From contig QPGO01000009.1 of assembly GCA_008632985.1 (NCBI GenBank), positions 310,001 to 374,000 of the forward strand: 64,000 nt of DNA. The letters run 5' to 3'. This DNA comes from Psammoneis japonica. Taxonomy: Eukaryota. The translations under genes and the position numbers were made by a program. Shown here one piece after another: positions 37,955-51,211 of the stretch; position 1 is the first letter of the stretch, and each line of letters begins with the position of its first letter. A model generated the notes under the pieces. It was not told the DNA's origin. It saw only the letters and a program-made list of their open reading frames with translations, and ran no database searches.

Positions 37955-40900
37955 ATGAGAAATGACGACACAGTTGACAGGCCCACGAAACAAGAGAAAA
38001 GAACTTTGAGAGCGAAGGCAGTGAATTGGGCTTTGGAACAAAAACGAGAAAAGGAGACACGAAAACAACGCGAACAGGATTTGGCGATTCGGGCAGCACA
38101 ACTCGAATCGAAGGCAGAGTGCTTGAAACAGTTTCCTGGTGGACCAACTTGGCCTGATGAGTGATTGCGAGAGCCTTGAGGAACCGTGCATTTTGCATGC
38201 TGCGAAATTTGCTCACTCGGATTTGGAACTCGTAAAATTGACTCAATCGTATGATGATGGAAGCACGCGTACGAAAAAGTGCCCTTGTTTTGACGGAAGC
38301 AATGGAATTGAAGCGTTGTTGTTTGTGGAAGATCGTTTTCGTAAACTGGCTGCAAAACTCGAATTCACTGCAGGAGAAGAATTGTTTGATGATTTTGAAG
38401 AAGTGTTGACGGATGCAGCTGAAGACAAATGGTCCAATCTCACCATGGCGATTCCGGATGCACAGAAGACGGCAGCTCGTTTCGACCAAGAGTTGGCTCG
38501 TTTTTATTTGTCGCATTGTGAAACTGAAGCTCGTGACACGATGATTGAACACTCACTTGCTCTTAAAAAGCCGCACGACGTTGAAGTGCAGGCACACGCA
38601 GATCAAATGGAAACTTTGGTGCGACACACAAACAAGTTGCCAGGAAATAATCCAGTTGTTGCTCAGAGCCAAAAGAAGAAGATGATTTTCGACAGCTTCC
38701 CTCTGTTGTGGTGTGAGATGCACACAAGAGCAGGACGTGCAATTGGAAATGATGCACTGGCGGAAATGGTCACGCATGTGAGCACGGAGAAATCGTTTGC
38801 GGATGGGAACAAGAAGACATTGAAAAAGCGCAAAGATGGACAGAATGAAGGCGGCTCGAACAAGAAGAAAGGCAATCGCATTGACCCAGAATGCCAATGT
38901 CCGTTGCACACTCACAATCACAAGTGGAAAGATTGCGTCATGAATCCCGACTCCAACAACTGCCGTCCAAGAACTGATCGTGGCGGTCGTGGACATGGTG
39001 GCCGTGGTGGTCGGGGTGGCGGTCGCGGTGGAGGTCGTGGTTGTGGCGGAAATCAAGGTCGTGGTTGGCAAGGCCGTGGCTGTCAAGGTCGTGGTGGTGG
39101 CCAAGGAAATTGTGGCAGTCGAGGAAACTGCAGCTCTGGCAGCAATGGCGGTGAGCATCATGAAGATGGTGGCTCCTGCATGCAACATCAAAATGACACC
39201 CGAACCAATGCAGATGGCGGCGGTTGCGGCAATCCGGCCAGAATGGCTCCTCCTGATGATTGGTCTGCTGAAAGCCATCATCTTGATTCTGTGGGAGGCC
39301 TCGTGAGTGTCAAGGTGGAGCGGGAAGTTTTCGACCTGGTGGTCGCTTCTCGGGATGCGGTCGACACTGACCCAATGAGCTTGAAGAGCTGTCGTCCGAG
39401 TGTGTCGCTCCTGATTCCTGTGTGTTTGATGATTGCACTGATTGCATTGATGATTGTTGCGCACATGCTGCTGATTTGTTTGATGATGACGATTTCGAAA
39501 ATTGCATTGTGAATGACGAAGACGATGTGGGACTTGAGTGCGCTGTGCCAACCCCAAAAACAAAACCAACCAAACCTTCAAACGTGGTCCCTGCAACCTC
39601 ATTCGCGGTGCGATTCATTCAAGATGAGGAAAGCAAGCACGTGATGCGGGTGTTGCTCGACTCTGGTGGAACCCATTCAATGATTCATGCTCGGGTGTTG
39701 CCAGTTGGAGCGGCACCAGCATTGGAGGACACAGGACCAATTGTTCCGAAGTTTCGGACATTGGCGGGAGAGTTCAAATCTGCTCGTTACATTCGACTGC
39801 GGGCTGTGGTGCTCCCTGAATTTGACAAGACCAAACGTGTTGATGGCATGCATGCGCATGTGTTTGACTCACCTTGCCAGTGCGACATGATCCTTGGACA
39901 GGACTTCTTGGCGAGAGCAGGTGTCACATTAGATTTCGAACACGGAATTGTCAAGTGGCTTGATTCAAGCATTGCAATGAAACCAAGAAACCATCGGATT
40001 GGCATCCAGCAGTGGCTTGACGACTTGACTGATGAGCCAGCTGACAATGATGATGCATGGGACAGCCACATCCTCGATGCAAAGCATGAGGAGACGTCCC
40101 CTTCTGAAGTGGCGTCGGCTCAGAAGCATCTCACTGCCGAACAACAAGAAAAATTACGCCTCGCATTGGAAAAACAAACTGCTCTTTTTGATGGCACTCT
40201 CGGCAAGTGTGCTGGCAAAAAAGTTCACCTTGACATTGATCCCAACGCTGTTCCTTGCCATTCTCGAGTGCATGCAGTGCCGCACAATGATCTCGAGACT
40301 TTCAAATGAGAACTGGATCATTCAGTGGCTCTTGGCGTTCTTGAAGAAGCCGGAACAACGGAATGGGCTGCTGGCACTTTTATTCGGCCGAAGAAGGATG
40401 GTCGAGTGCGGTGGCTCAGCGATTTTTGGGAACTCAACAAAGCCCTCAAGCGCAAGGTTTGTCCTTTACCGATCATTCAAGATGTGCTGCAGAAGAGAGC
40501 CGGGTGCAAGTTTTTGACCAAATTGGACCTCTCAATGATGTGCTGTGTGTTCGAATTGGATGATGATTCCAAGGACTTGATGACAATTGTGACACCCTTT
40601 GGAAAGCACCGATGCTGCCGTTTGGCAATGGGTCTGAAGCCGGCTCCAGATGTTGCACAATGTTTGATTGAGAAAACTGTGCACGACTTGGACGTTGACG
40701 CGCACGTTGATGATCTCGCTCAATTTGATGACGACTTTGACATTCACCTTGACCGTCTTGACAAACTCTTGCAATGCTTGGAAGAAGCTGGGTTCAAAGT
40801 AAATCCCTTGAGGTGCAAATGGTGTGTGCAGGAAACGGATTTCCTTGGGCATTGGCCAACTCCGACTGGAATTCGTCCATGGAAGAAAAAGGTGGAGGCC

Positions 40901-42900
40901 ATCCTGCGAATGCAACCTCCGGAAAACATCAAGCAGCTTCGTTCGTTCCTTGGCACTGCAACGCATTGTCACAATGTGTGGCCTTGGCGTTCTCACCTGT
41001 TGAAACCCTTGACAGATCTTACAGGCAAAGGCTCATGGACATGGACAACGGAATGTCAGGCGGTGTTCGATGAGATGAAAGCAGTCCCAGCGGCCGAAAC
41101 ATCAATGGCACATCCGAATCACAACAAACCCTTCCACATCTACACCGATGCAAGTGATCACCAGATGGGCGCAGTGATTGCACAGGATGGAAAGCCTGTT
41201 GCACGCTGGTCTCGAAAGCTCAATGCGGCGCAACAAAACCATTCGACAATCGAAAAAAGAACTGTTGGCCATTGTCATGTGCTTCTGAGAACACCGATCA
41301 ATGCTCCTTGGTGGTGACTTGCATGCACTCACTGACCACAAGAACCTTGCCTTTCGCACCTTGAATTCACAGCGCGCACTTCATTGGCGACTCTTTCTGG
41401 AAGACTTTTCTCCTCAGTTTCATCACATTGAAGGCCGATTGAATGTCTTGGCTGATTGCTTTTCTTGTTTACCTCGTGTGGATCCTCCCTCTGAAGGGAA
41501 GAGCTTGGCTCCGGGTGAAGGAGCTGTTGTTGATTTTGCTCCGCTCGATTCGAAGTTGGTGCCGAGTGAGGAACCATCCGAAGTCGAGGATTTCCATGAT
41601 GAGGACTTGGAGCTCGGCACACGCTGATTCAAGTGTTGTTGCAACATTGAAAATGAAGGCCACTCACACTTCTTCTCTTCCGGAACTGTTCGATTCTTTC
41701 TTGAACCACCCTGCGAAGCAAGAGATGCAGAATCCGATGACATTACAATGCATTCAGGAGTGCCAGTTCGAGGACCAACAGTTGAACCAGATGCGCGTTG
41801 CTCACCCTGATCGTTTCCTTGTGGAATGTGTGAACAATTGACTGCTTGTGTGTCATCGCATGCGACCGAATGATCCTCCAGGACAGTGGAAAATCTGTTT
41901 GCCGACTGCGCTCATGCCTGACATCTTGCAGTGGTGTCATCTCGTCCTTGGCCATGCCGGAAGCCAGCGCATGTGTGAAACGATCCAGGCTCATTGTCAT
42001 CATCCAGGGTTGCATCACATGTGTGATGAGTGCTCTTGTGCTGATTGCCAACGCAACAAAACTTTGGGTCCTGGCTGTGGAGAGTCACCCGAGCGAGAAG
42101 CTCCATTAACTCCCTGGTCGGAAGTGGCGGTTGACCTCATTGGCCCGTGGAAAATCAAAGTGCCGAATGGAGAGATTGAGTTTCGGGCATTGACCTGCAT
42201 TGATCCTGTCTCCAATCTTGTTGAACTTGTGAGAATTGAAAACAAAACTGCCCGACATGTTGCCAACCAATTTGAAAACTGCCAGCTTGCATGCCATCCC
42301 AGACCGAATCAATGCATCCACGATGACGGCGGCGAGTTCACTGGGCACGATTTTCAGATGCTGTTGCAACAAGCCGGAATTGATGATGTGACGACTGCTT
42401 CGCACAACCCTCAAGCCAACGCCATTTGCGAACGAATGCACCAGACCATCGGCAATGCATTGCGCACGATCATTGCTTCTGACCCACATCAAAATCTTCA
42501 AGATGCAGCCAGCCTTGTGGACGATGCTTTGGCAACTGCAATGTGCGCAACTCGCTGTGCTGTTTCCCGTTCTTTACAGACTTCACCAGGTGCTGTGGTG
42601 TTCGGACGTGACATGATCCTGGGTGTCCCTGCACTGGCAGACTTGTTGACGATCCAAGGCCATCGCCAGACGCTGGTCAACGACAATTTGCGAAGAGCCA
42701 ATGCCAAGAGAAGATCCTGCGATTGTCAAGTGGGTGATCAAGTTCCAACCAAGTCGGTCGACCTGTCCAGACTCGAGCCTCGTGCTCATGGCCCTCATCC
42801 CATTGTTCAAGTGCACGTGAATGGCACGCTTTTGCTTTGTCAAGCTCCTCATGTGGTTGAGCGCCTCAACATTCGGCGCCTGATTCCTTTTCGTGGTTGA
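37955..42900 (+). pseudogene. gag-pol: gag, protease (VLLDSGG), RT (AHVDD), RNase H (TDAS, TDHKNL), integrase (VAVDLIGP, NPQANAICERMH)
   Basis: ORFs 38139, 39422, 40325, 41301, 41443 and 41848 linked through TGA stops and frameshifts. Confidence 0.92.
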
Positions 42901-43022
42901 TCAGGGGGTTTTCTTCCCAACACCTGGGTTTCCTCCTGCTGTTGTGATTTCTTTGGGTTTTGGTCCCTGGTTTTGGCCCTTTGCATGATCCTCCAGTTCT
43001 CTCGGATCATGGAAGGGAAGAG

Positions 43023-43196
43023 TGCAGCAACTCACTCGCACGCTTCTGATGTGCAGTGTCAATTTTGGACATCAGATTAACGCAGCCGTTTGAGAGGGCT
43101 CGCCAGCACTCGCCAGCGCTCGCTGACGCTTAGGCTCTCCCTCTCTTCGGTCTACTCACTTCTTTGTTTTGACATCAACCTCAGCTTGAGCTTGCA
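43023..43196 (+). repeat. 3' LTR
   Basis: Follows the PPT; followed by the TSD. Confidence 0.95.
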
Positions 43197-43302
43197 ACTT
43201 GCTCACGGTCATTTGTCGCACACCAAATATTTCTTTTTATAAAATTATGGAGGATAAAAATACCATAGTTACAATTTCTTAAAAGATATATACAAATCAA
43301 TG

Positions 43303-43357
43303 TTTGGTGTGCGACAACTTTCCGCCACTTGCTCACGGTCATTTGTCGCACACCAAA
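43303..43357. repeat. Inverted-repeat (hairpin) unit; uninterrupted paralog of the Gypsy target site
   Basis: TTTGGTGTGCGACAA...TTGTCGCACACCAAA arms; same unit split at 37718-37750 / 43197-43227. Confidence 0.85.
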
Positions 43358-46117
43358 GAATGCTTTTTATTACATTATGTAGGATAAATATAGCAGAGTT
43401 ACAGTGATCTTACGAAGATCCTCGAACGGTATTTATTCTTCTACTCTCTACTCTAGCTAGAGCTCTCTACTAGCTATAGAGCTAGAGTAGAGATAGAGGG
43501 CCCCTACACATACTGCAGACAGAGACCATGCGATCCGTTAGACCGGGCTCATGCCGTCATCATGGCGGCTTTCCCTTCTTTAAACCGCTCTAGGTACTGT
43601 ACTCTATTGTCGTCCAAAGAGATCGGTGGCGAAAAATAGAATCACACGGGTACTCGATTGCCCCCCGAATATATCGGTCGCGAATAGAATAATCATACGT
43701 TCATAGAAGAAAAGGAGGCGCGAGCTCAAGCCGCCTCCCGGAGCGCCATGCGCATCGACAATATTTCCGCTGAGAAGCCTCTTCTGTTTTCAAGTGCCTC
43801 TTAATAATCTATATGGCCAAGAAAAAAAAAAGTTGAAGGTCCAACGCGTCGACACGGTGGTCTAACTAGATTCTCGTTGTTTTTCCATTTCTGTGCAATA
43901 CGTCTCACTCCACACTTTCATTCTTCGTGGTTTAGGTCGTCATCACCATTGAAAACTTGTCCATGCTGACCCGACGATCCTTGTTGCTGCTGCACGCTTT
44001 GATGCCTTGTTGCCTCCATCTTGTCAACAAGCATGCTGTTGAAATAATGATACCGGGTACGGCAAAGATGCGGAAGATTGTTTCAAGATAATGTCGTTCG
44101 ACAATCATCATTTGCTCGCCATATCGAAGTTCCTGTGCGGCGGCATTTACGACAGCGGCGCATTTGATCAGGTCAAAGCTGTCAACACGTAATTCTTGAG
44201 ATTATCGTATGCATGCGAAACCTCCCCATAAGGGTGTTCATCGTGTCAAAATATGCGCAAGAAAGGAAGCTACCCGAACTGGCAATGACGTCCTCTTCGA
44301 TCCGGTAATCATGATTTCTGGTTCCTCAGGACGCTCAATATCATCCTGGGTAAAGTCAGAATCACTCTCACTCTCATTCTCAGAATGTGTAACGTCAGGT
44401 TCCTCTTCCAAAGAGAGAGCTAGCTGTCAAGCGATTAGAGAACTTCGTCTCTCGGACGTCTGTTCCTCATTTGCTTGTTGCCGCGGCATCCCTACTAACG
44501 ACAAGAGGCTGGAGCCACTCATCATCCACTTTTTGGAGACACTCTGTCGGGTGCGAATGGCTGAGCGGAGTGTACTGAGAAGGGTAGGAGGGATCTGCGT
44601 TCTGTCGCTCAAAGAATCAACTGCCCTCATCAGATCATAAACGTTCGCTCTCAAAGTGACTAGCGAAACTGCTTTGTTGCCTTCTTGCACTCAGAATAGA
44701 GCGAACTGCAAGACTTTGGTCGTAAAGCTACTGGTGGTCTGTCCTCGCCTATCTAGAAGTATGTGACAATGTGCCATATACCGGTTACACCGACGGTGCA
44801 CAGCTGTAGTCAGTAGTGCGCTTTTCGTCCAACTTGGAACTCTTGAGAGCTCCATATCTAAGAAAATGCAAAACAAAAAGTAAATTCGAATCACACAAAA
44901 GGAAAGACAATGAAATATAACGGAACTATCCTGTTCAAGGCAAACTCACAACAGTTTCCTGACGATCTAGTCGCTGGACATCTTATTGCAAAATTGTGGC
45001 TAGAGCTACCGTACATCGAGTCGGATGGTGAGCTTGTCACCAACACGGCTCTTGTAACCACACCTTATTGCACTAGAGTGGTGTGTGTGCTGTCATGGTA
45101 GTCGGAATCCCGGGTGTAGTAGTGCAGATAGCAGATATTCTCCTTGTTACCAGCATTAGTAGTAGGAGCTACTTCTCGCTTCTTGGAGGCTGGCGGTTTC
45201 AACGAGGCTTCTTGTAGCGGCATGGAGGAAGAGTCTTGTAGGGCCACCGCCATGATAGCTCCTCCATTTTCAAGAATTCCCGTAAAGAGCGCTTTGCCAA
45301 GCTGGTGACTGTCAACCGGCGACGACGTCATGCGAGCGACTGCGATGATGCCATCTATTTCGTGCAATTGCTTCAACCCGTTGAGCCTGAGAGTGGCCTC
45401 TAGTGCCACCAGGAGAAGGATGAGGCTGCACATCTTGAGACGTTTGGGGAGTGCTACGGTGCTTTGGTCCTTTTGGTAGGCGGCATGATGCATGATGAAA
45501 GTAACAAGCGCTGGCGGGGAACGAGAACGTCATGGCGGTGGAGCGAGGAGTCGAGATCTTTGATCTTTCTGCGTCGAGTCTGTCCATCCTTCCTATGTTC
45601 AGGGCTATGAATAGTCGGAGTATACGTGAGTACGACTTGAGAACTTGCTTTGACCGGCACTGCGTACTCTCCTACGTGGCTTTTCTACACGTGGCTTTTG
45701 GTGGCGGTCGGCGACGTGTAATCTTACGTGAGATTCAGTACTCAAACTTCTGCATCCAACGGGCGTTCGGCGCAGCTGTTTCACTTTTTCGCCGCACATT
45801 TTTGCTCCCGCAAGCCGGCATCACTATCAACTCGAGTTGATTCATTCTGTTCACTCCGTCCTGCATTCATCGCTGACGAGTTGTTTACAACACAACTCGA
45901 GTCGCCAACAAGTACAAGAAGGAAAGATTAGAAGAAGTGGTAGTTTCTTTGATCCTCCACTCTCATTTTTTTCTTTCTTTCTCAATCATCATAGCACCAT
46001 CACGTTTGAAGATATTCGGCTCGTCGTTCGTCGAGGCGCGCCTGCAAGCCTGCAACACTCGTACGGTAGTAGGAACTTCTTTGCTCAAGTTTTCGGGTTA
46101 CTCTCAAATTGAACAGC

Positions 46118-49100
46118 ATGTCCGATTCGTGTGTATACGTCCAAGACAAGATCCATGGTTGGTTGCCAGCCAATGTGCTGAGTCAGAATGAAAAGGAAGC
46201 CACCGTCAAGGTGATGAATGCGGATGGAAAAGAACTTTTGGAAGAACGAACGGTTCAATTGAAGGACTATCCAGATGGGGCGCTACCTCTCCAAAATGTC
46301 GATGCCAATGGACGTTTGATGGAAATGGGAGACATGGTGGATCTTCCCAGTTTGCACGAGGCTGCCATTCTGTACAACCTTCGTGCGCGCCATCAAAACA
46401 GCAAGCCCTACACTCGAGTTGGCGATTTGATTATTGCAGTGAATCCTTTCAAGTGGATGAAAGATTTATATTCAGAGACGGTTCGGGCTCAATACACAGA
46501 ACGACTTATTTGGGACAGTAAGTTATTCAATACCAGGCATTGAGTTTTTCTGTGCTATCTGACGAGTGCGCGACTCACGAGTTGGTTTCTCATTGCGAAT
46601 CATTTTGCGTATAGCCGATGCTGCCGGCAAAGGAGGAGATGTCAAGGCCGGTTTGGTTCCCCATATATACGAAACATCGTCCTTGGCCTATCGTGGGTTG
46701 GCCGTGGATGGTCAGCATCAGTCGATTTTGGTGTCTGGTGAAAGTGGCGCAGGAAAAACAGAAAGCGTAAAGATTGTCATGAGCCACTTGGCGTCGGTGC
46801 AAGAAGCGGTTGGTTCTCATTCGGGTGACGCTATTGCTGAAGCTGCGGATACTCCTCAGCACCACTTGGTCGTACAGCGTGTCTTGGATTCCCATCCTTT
46901 GTTGGAAGCATTTGGGAATGCGAAGACGGTCCGAAACGACAACTCGAGTCGGTTTGGAAAGTTTATTCAAATGCAGTTTGATGTTGAGGATGCAACCACT
47001 GCCGCGTTTCGTGGCAAGGCGATCCCATCGTGCCTGTTGGCAGGGTCGACTTGCGAAACTTATTTGCTAGAAAAGAGTCGTGTTGTGGGGCACGAGCAAT
47101 CTGAACGTACATATCACATTTTTTATCAATTGCTTGCTGCACCTGATGAAGTCAAGGCAGAATTTTGGGACGGACTCGTCGGCAAGACTAATGCTTCTTT
47201 TCGTTACGTTGGCGAAACAGACACAACCATAATTGAGGGCTGTACTGATGGAGAACGATTTGACCGTACGATCAAGGCGTTGGCGCTTTTAAATGTTACG
47301 GGAGACAAACTGAACACACTTTTCAGAGCGGTGTGTTCAGTCTTACAGTTGGGAAACATTGTGTTTGACGAGGACCCTAACGACGGAGACCACTCAGTCA
47401 TTACCTCAAAGGACGAATTGGATGCCTTGTCTGATTTGATGGGAGTCGCCGCAGAAGATCTCAGCAAAGCTCTGACATTTAGGACGGTGACGGCGGGAAA
47501 AGGAGAGAGCTACACCGTCCCGCTGAAAGTAGGAGACGCTCGCGATGTCTGTGACGCCTTTTCGAAAGAAATTTATCAGCAAGTATTTCATTGGCTGGTG
47601 CGTGAGATCAATTCTGCTACTTGTGCGGAGGCAAATTATGACAACGCCAAGGATGTGGAGGAATATGGCCTCATTGGATTGCTGGACATCTTCGGATTCG
47701 AATCTTTTGAAGTAAACAGGTTTGAGCAGGTGAGAGACTCGTCGCTTCGAGTATCTATCTTTTTTTCCTCCTCTCCATTAGTCCGAGCTAATCGTTTTTC
47801 GTCTTATTATTCGTGAAGCTGTGTATCAACTACACTAATGAAAAGTTGCAACAAAAATACACTAAGGACATTTTCAGATCCGTCCAGGAGGAGTACGCAA
47901 TGGAAGGAATCGCGTTGGGTGAGATCACGTTTACGGACAATGTTGACGTTCTGAATTTGATTGAAGGTCGCATGGGAGTTATTTCCATCCTAAACGAAGA
48001 ATGTGTACGTCCAAAAGGTAATAATGAAGCGTTCGTCTCAAAGCTTAAGACTGTTAATAAAGAGGCCCCGAGCTTGATCCTGGAGAAGCTTCACACGGCT
48101 ACAGAGTTTGGCATCAATCATTATGCTGGAGTTGTGAATTATCAAGCCGAGTCGTTCATTCAAAAGAATGCGGATGCCCTCCCGAAGGATTTGGTAGATT
48201 GTGCGTGTAAGAGTACGAACGAGCTGATTCAGGTCGAAGTAAAGGCCGCTGCAGATGCTAGGATCGGAGAGGCAACGAAAGGCGGTAGAAGGGTGACAAG
48301 GCCCTCGTCACACACGGTTGCGGCAAAGTTTAAGTCGCAATTGAGCCACCTGATGCACAACATTGGAAAGACGCACACGAGATATATTCGTTGCATCAAG
48401 CCTAACCCTGAGAAAGTCCCGATGGAGATGGATATGTTTTCATCAGCCGAGCAGCTACGTTGTGCCGGTGTCGTGGCTGCCGTAACGATTTCTCGGGTTG
48501 CATTTCCTAACCGACTTTTACACGAGACAGTAGTGGAGCGCTTCTCCTGCCTTTCGCCGTCAGTTGAATCTGAGAGCGAAGATGAAAAGAAGGAAGATGC
48601 TACAGACGAGGCGAGCGGGTATCGCTCTTCTGTTGAAATTCTACTGGATGAAGTGATGAATAATCTTGAGGTAAAGGGGGAAAATGGAGAAACCACAAAA
48701 GCATTTGAGTGCGGCAATACTCGCGTCTATTTCAGAACAGGTGCCCTTGAATACCTTGAAGCTCAACGTTTGAAAGCTCTAAGCGTCTATGCAGTTACCA
48801 TCGAAAGGATGGTTCGCGGTTTCACCGCAAGATCACTATTCTCGCGACTGAAATGTGCTTGCATTGTTTCTCAAGCCAACGCGAGGCGTACCATTGCCAG
48901 GCAGTCATTCTTGAGGGCGAAGAGTGCATGCATCTCTCTCACTTGCTGGGTTCGTGTAGCCTTTGCCAAAATAGAGCTCACTAGACTTCGCCAGGAGCAT
49001 GCAGCTGTCAAAATCCAGTCAAGAGCCAGGACGATGCAATGCACGGCAGAGTTTGTAAGGTGCAGGATGGCTGCCACGAACATACAAAGGATCGCAAGAG

Positions 49101-50322
49101 GTGCCATCCAGCGGCCGAAATACAAGGCAGCTCTCAGGGAAGCCGAGGAAGAGGCACGAGTGAATAGCAAGTTGGCGGCTCTGCAGAAGCGGCTCCGAGA
49201 TGCTGAAATGAAGTTGATAAAGGCAGATAAACAGCGAATCGAAGCAGAGAAGAGGGCAGAAGGTCTGGAGGGAAAAGGAGCGCCCGCTTCCGAAGAGAAG
49301 ACCTCGAAAACGGCGTATGTGAACGACGGCGAAGAAGAAGAGAACGCAAGAACTCCATCCAGTGATCAACAGAAGTCGCTCCTCGACGATAGCAATGAGT
49401 AAGTGATCGAGTCTTTTTTGTCTGGTAGAACTGAAGCTACCCCATCTTACATCTCGCTCTTTTTCTCTTGAAACATAGAATGCTTGTCTATTTTAAGGAG
49501 GAGGTGTTTAAACTCAAGAGCGCGAACTACCTGCTTCGTACCGATTTGGCAGCCGCAAAAGAGGAAAACCAGCATCTAAGCGAACGTACAATGTCCGCCG
49601 AAGCATCGTACAATGTATTGAAACAAAATGTAAGTTCGATGAGCCAAAACAACATGAAAGTTGCTGTGCAGGCCGCAAGGCAGAAAGAGACGATTGCAAG
49701 TCTGAAGCAGGAGATGAAAAAAATGAAGTTTAGGAATACAACAGAGATAAAAAGGTTGAAAGAAGAGCACGGGCGAAGAGAAAAGCATCACGAAAATGAG
49801 GGAAAAAGACTTCGAAAGGAGTTGGAACGGCTAAGGAACATCATAGCAAAGAATCCAGAACCTTCGGCCTATCAGCAATCCAGAGCCCATTTCCAAAGTC
49901 ACATTCACACACAGAATGATAAGTCGGTTTCCTCAGGATATGCGTCTTCCTCACTGCCCACCTCGGAAACATCTGGTTCGGAAGACTTGGACAACTACCG
50001 CGCCAGCAGCCTGCAGAAAGCCTCTTGGACTGTGGTCGAGAAACGGAGACGGAAGAATAGAAAATCAAGCTCTTCTTTGCAATCGGCTGCTTCTCACGGT
50101 CATTCGAAAATGAGTTCAGCGAATCGTAGAGGATCTTCGAAGCATGCGGTTTCCAAACCCCGTCCAGGTACACCGCCCAGGACTCCAAAGTCTTCTCTTG
50201 CAGCAGCAGCGGCACGAACTAACAACCGAGCGAAGAAGAAACCACTGTCTCCTCCATTGCTGAAGCACAGTAGCTCTAGTCTCGCCTTGGCCGCAGCAAG
50301 CAAGAGTCAAAGCCAACGATGA
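46118..50322 (+). CDS. Myosin heavy chain (motor, IQ repeats, coiled coil, basic tail); exons 46118-46517, 46615-47729, 47819-49398, 49479-50322
   Basis: GESGAGKT P-loop, LEAFGNAKTVRNDNSSRFGK, LDIFGFE, YIRCIKPN; three in-phase GT-AG introns. Confidence 0.95.
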
Positions 50323-50559
50323 GGATCTGAGAAGAAGAGACTGAAGTTTGAAGTTTCTTCCTAGAGTAGAATAAGAATCTGAATGATTTTTCACTAAAAC
50401 AAATAACATCCACTAGCAGTGACAAGTTTTGAACTAGCATTCGCCATCGAGCGCAAACAGTTTGCTGACGCCCTCATCTCTTGCCACTTCAACAAAGGGC
50501 TTGGCCCTGGCACAGACGGCGGGAATTGAAACTGGTCACAACCACCTCGTACCTCTTCC

Positions 50560-50905
50560 TTCTGAACGATTCATAGAGCCTGGACTCAAATCAGATTTCC
50601 GAAAAGTCTAAAACAGTGTCGTTTTTGACGCCCATGACTCCACAAGAGTGTCGATCCAGGTCCTCCATAGAGCTTTCTAGCTCTACTCTAGAGAGGCACT
50701 TCTTTTCTACAGCACTCAAGATAATCCCCGGGCTTGAGTCGTCTGATTGTCCATCTCATTTATCGCTCTTACTTCTGAACGATTCATAGAGCCTGGAGTC
50801 AAAACAGATTTCCGAAAAGTCTAAAGCAGTGTCGTTTTTGACGCCCATGGCTCCACAAGAGTGTCGATCCAGTTCCTACATAAAGCTTTCTTACTCTACT
50901 CTAGA
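50560..50905. repeat. Two-copy direct repeat (~130 bp, ~213 bp apart)
   Basis: TTCTGAACGATTCATAGAGCCTGG...CTCTACTCTAGAGA at ~50560 and ~50773. Confidence 0.85.
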
Positions 50906-51211
50906 GAAAGGGTATCGGTCTTAGGAATGCGAGCTTCATACCACTCGATCCATTCGATCGATCGATCGATCGATCTCGCGCGTTAATCGATCGCGACAGC
51001 GAGGCAGTCGGAGGATTCTGAATTGAGGATTCGGCAAACTCTTCTCGAAAGGCATTGGCCCTCTACTAGAGTAGAGTGGTAGTGAGAGGATCACCAGCAC
51101 AGAACTTGATGGTTAGTTTTGTGTCTCTGGCATGTAATGCTGGCAGATTACTTGCGATATACAACATTCAGATCCGCCGTAAAAGGATCTCCCGAGTTGT
51201 TTCGGCGACCA

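Larger units (their letters stand above)
37751..43196 (+). mobile_element. Full-length, inactivated Ty3/Gypsy LTR retrotransposon
   Basis: 174-bp TG..CA LTRs, 5-bp TSD ACTTG (37746-37750, 43197-43201), PPT GGAAGGGAAGAG (43011-43022), domain order gag-PR-RT-RH-IN. Confidence 0.95.
34780..43200. other. Hypermutated domain 2: TpA depleted, CpG largely retained
   Basis: TA is rare until the end of the 3' LTR; TA-rich sequence resumes at ~43230. Confidence 0.9.

Noticed and set aside
38553..39602. 349-aa minus-strand ORF
   Set aside because: Antisense to gag, kept open by loss of stop codons.
37955..42900. Alternative genetic code or RNA editing explaining Tyr->Cys/His
   Set aside because: Neighbouring genes use Tyr normally; changes occur on both strands and in non-coding LTRs, and differ between the two LTRs.
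37751..43196. Classical fungal RIP (CpA->TpA)
   Set aside because: RIP enriches TpA; here TpA is depleted and conserved motifs point to TA as ancestral.
44200..45900. Short ORFs upstream of myosin
   Set aside because: No recognisable domains or consistent exon structure.
50945..50995. (TCGA)n palindromic microsatellite
   Set aside because: Short simple repeat with no evidence of function.
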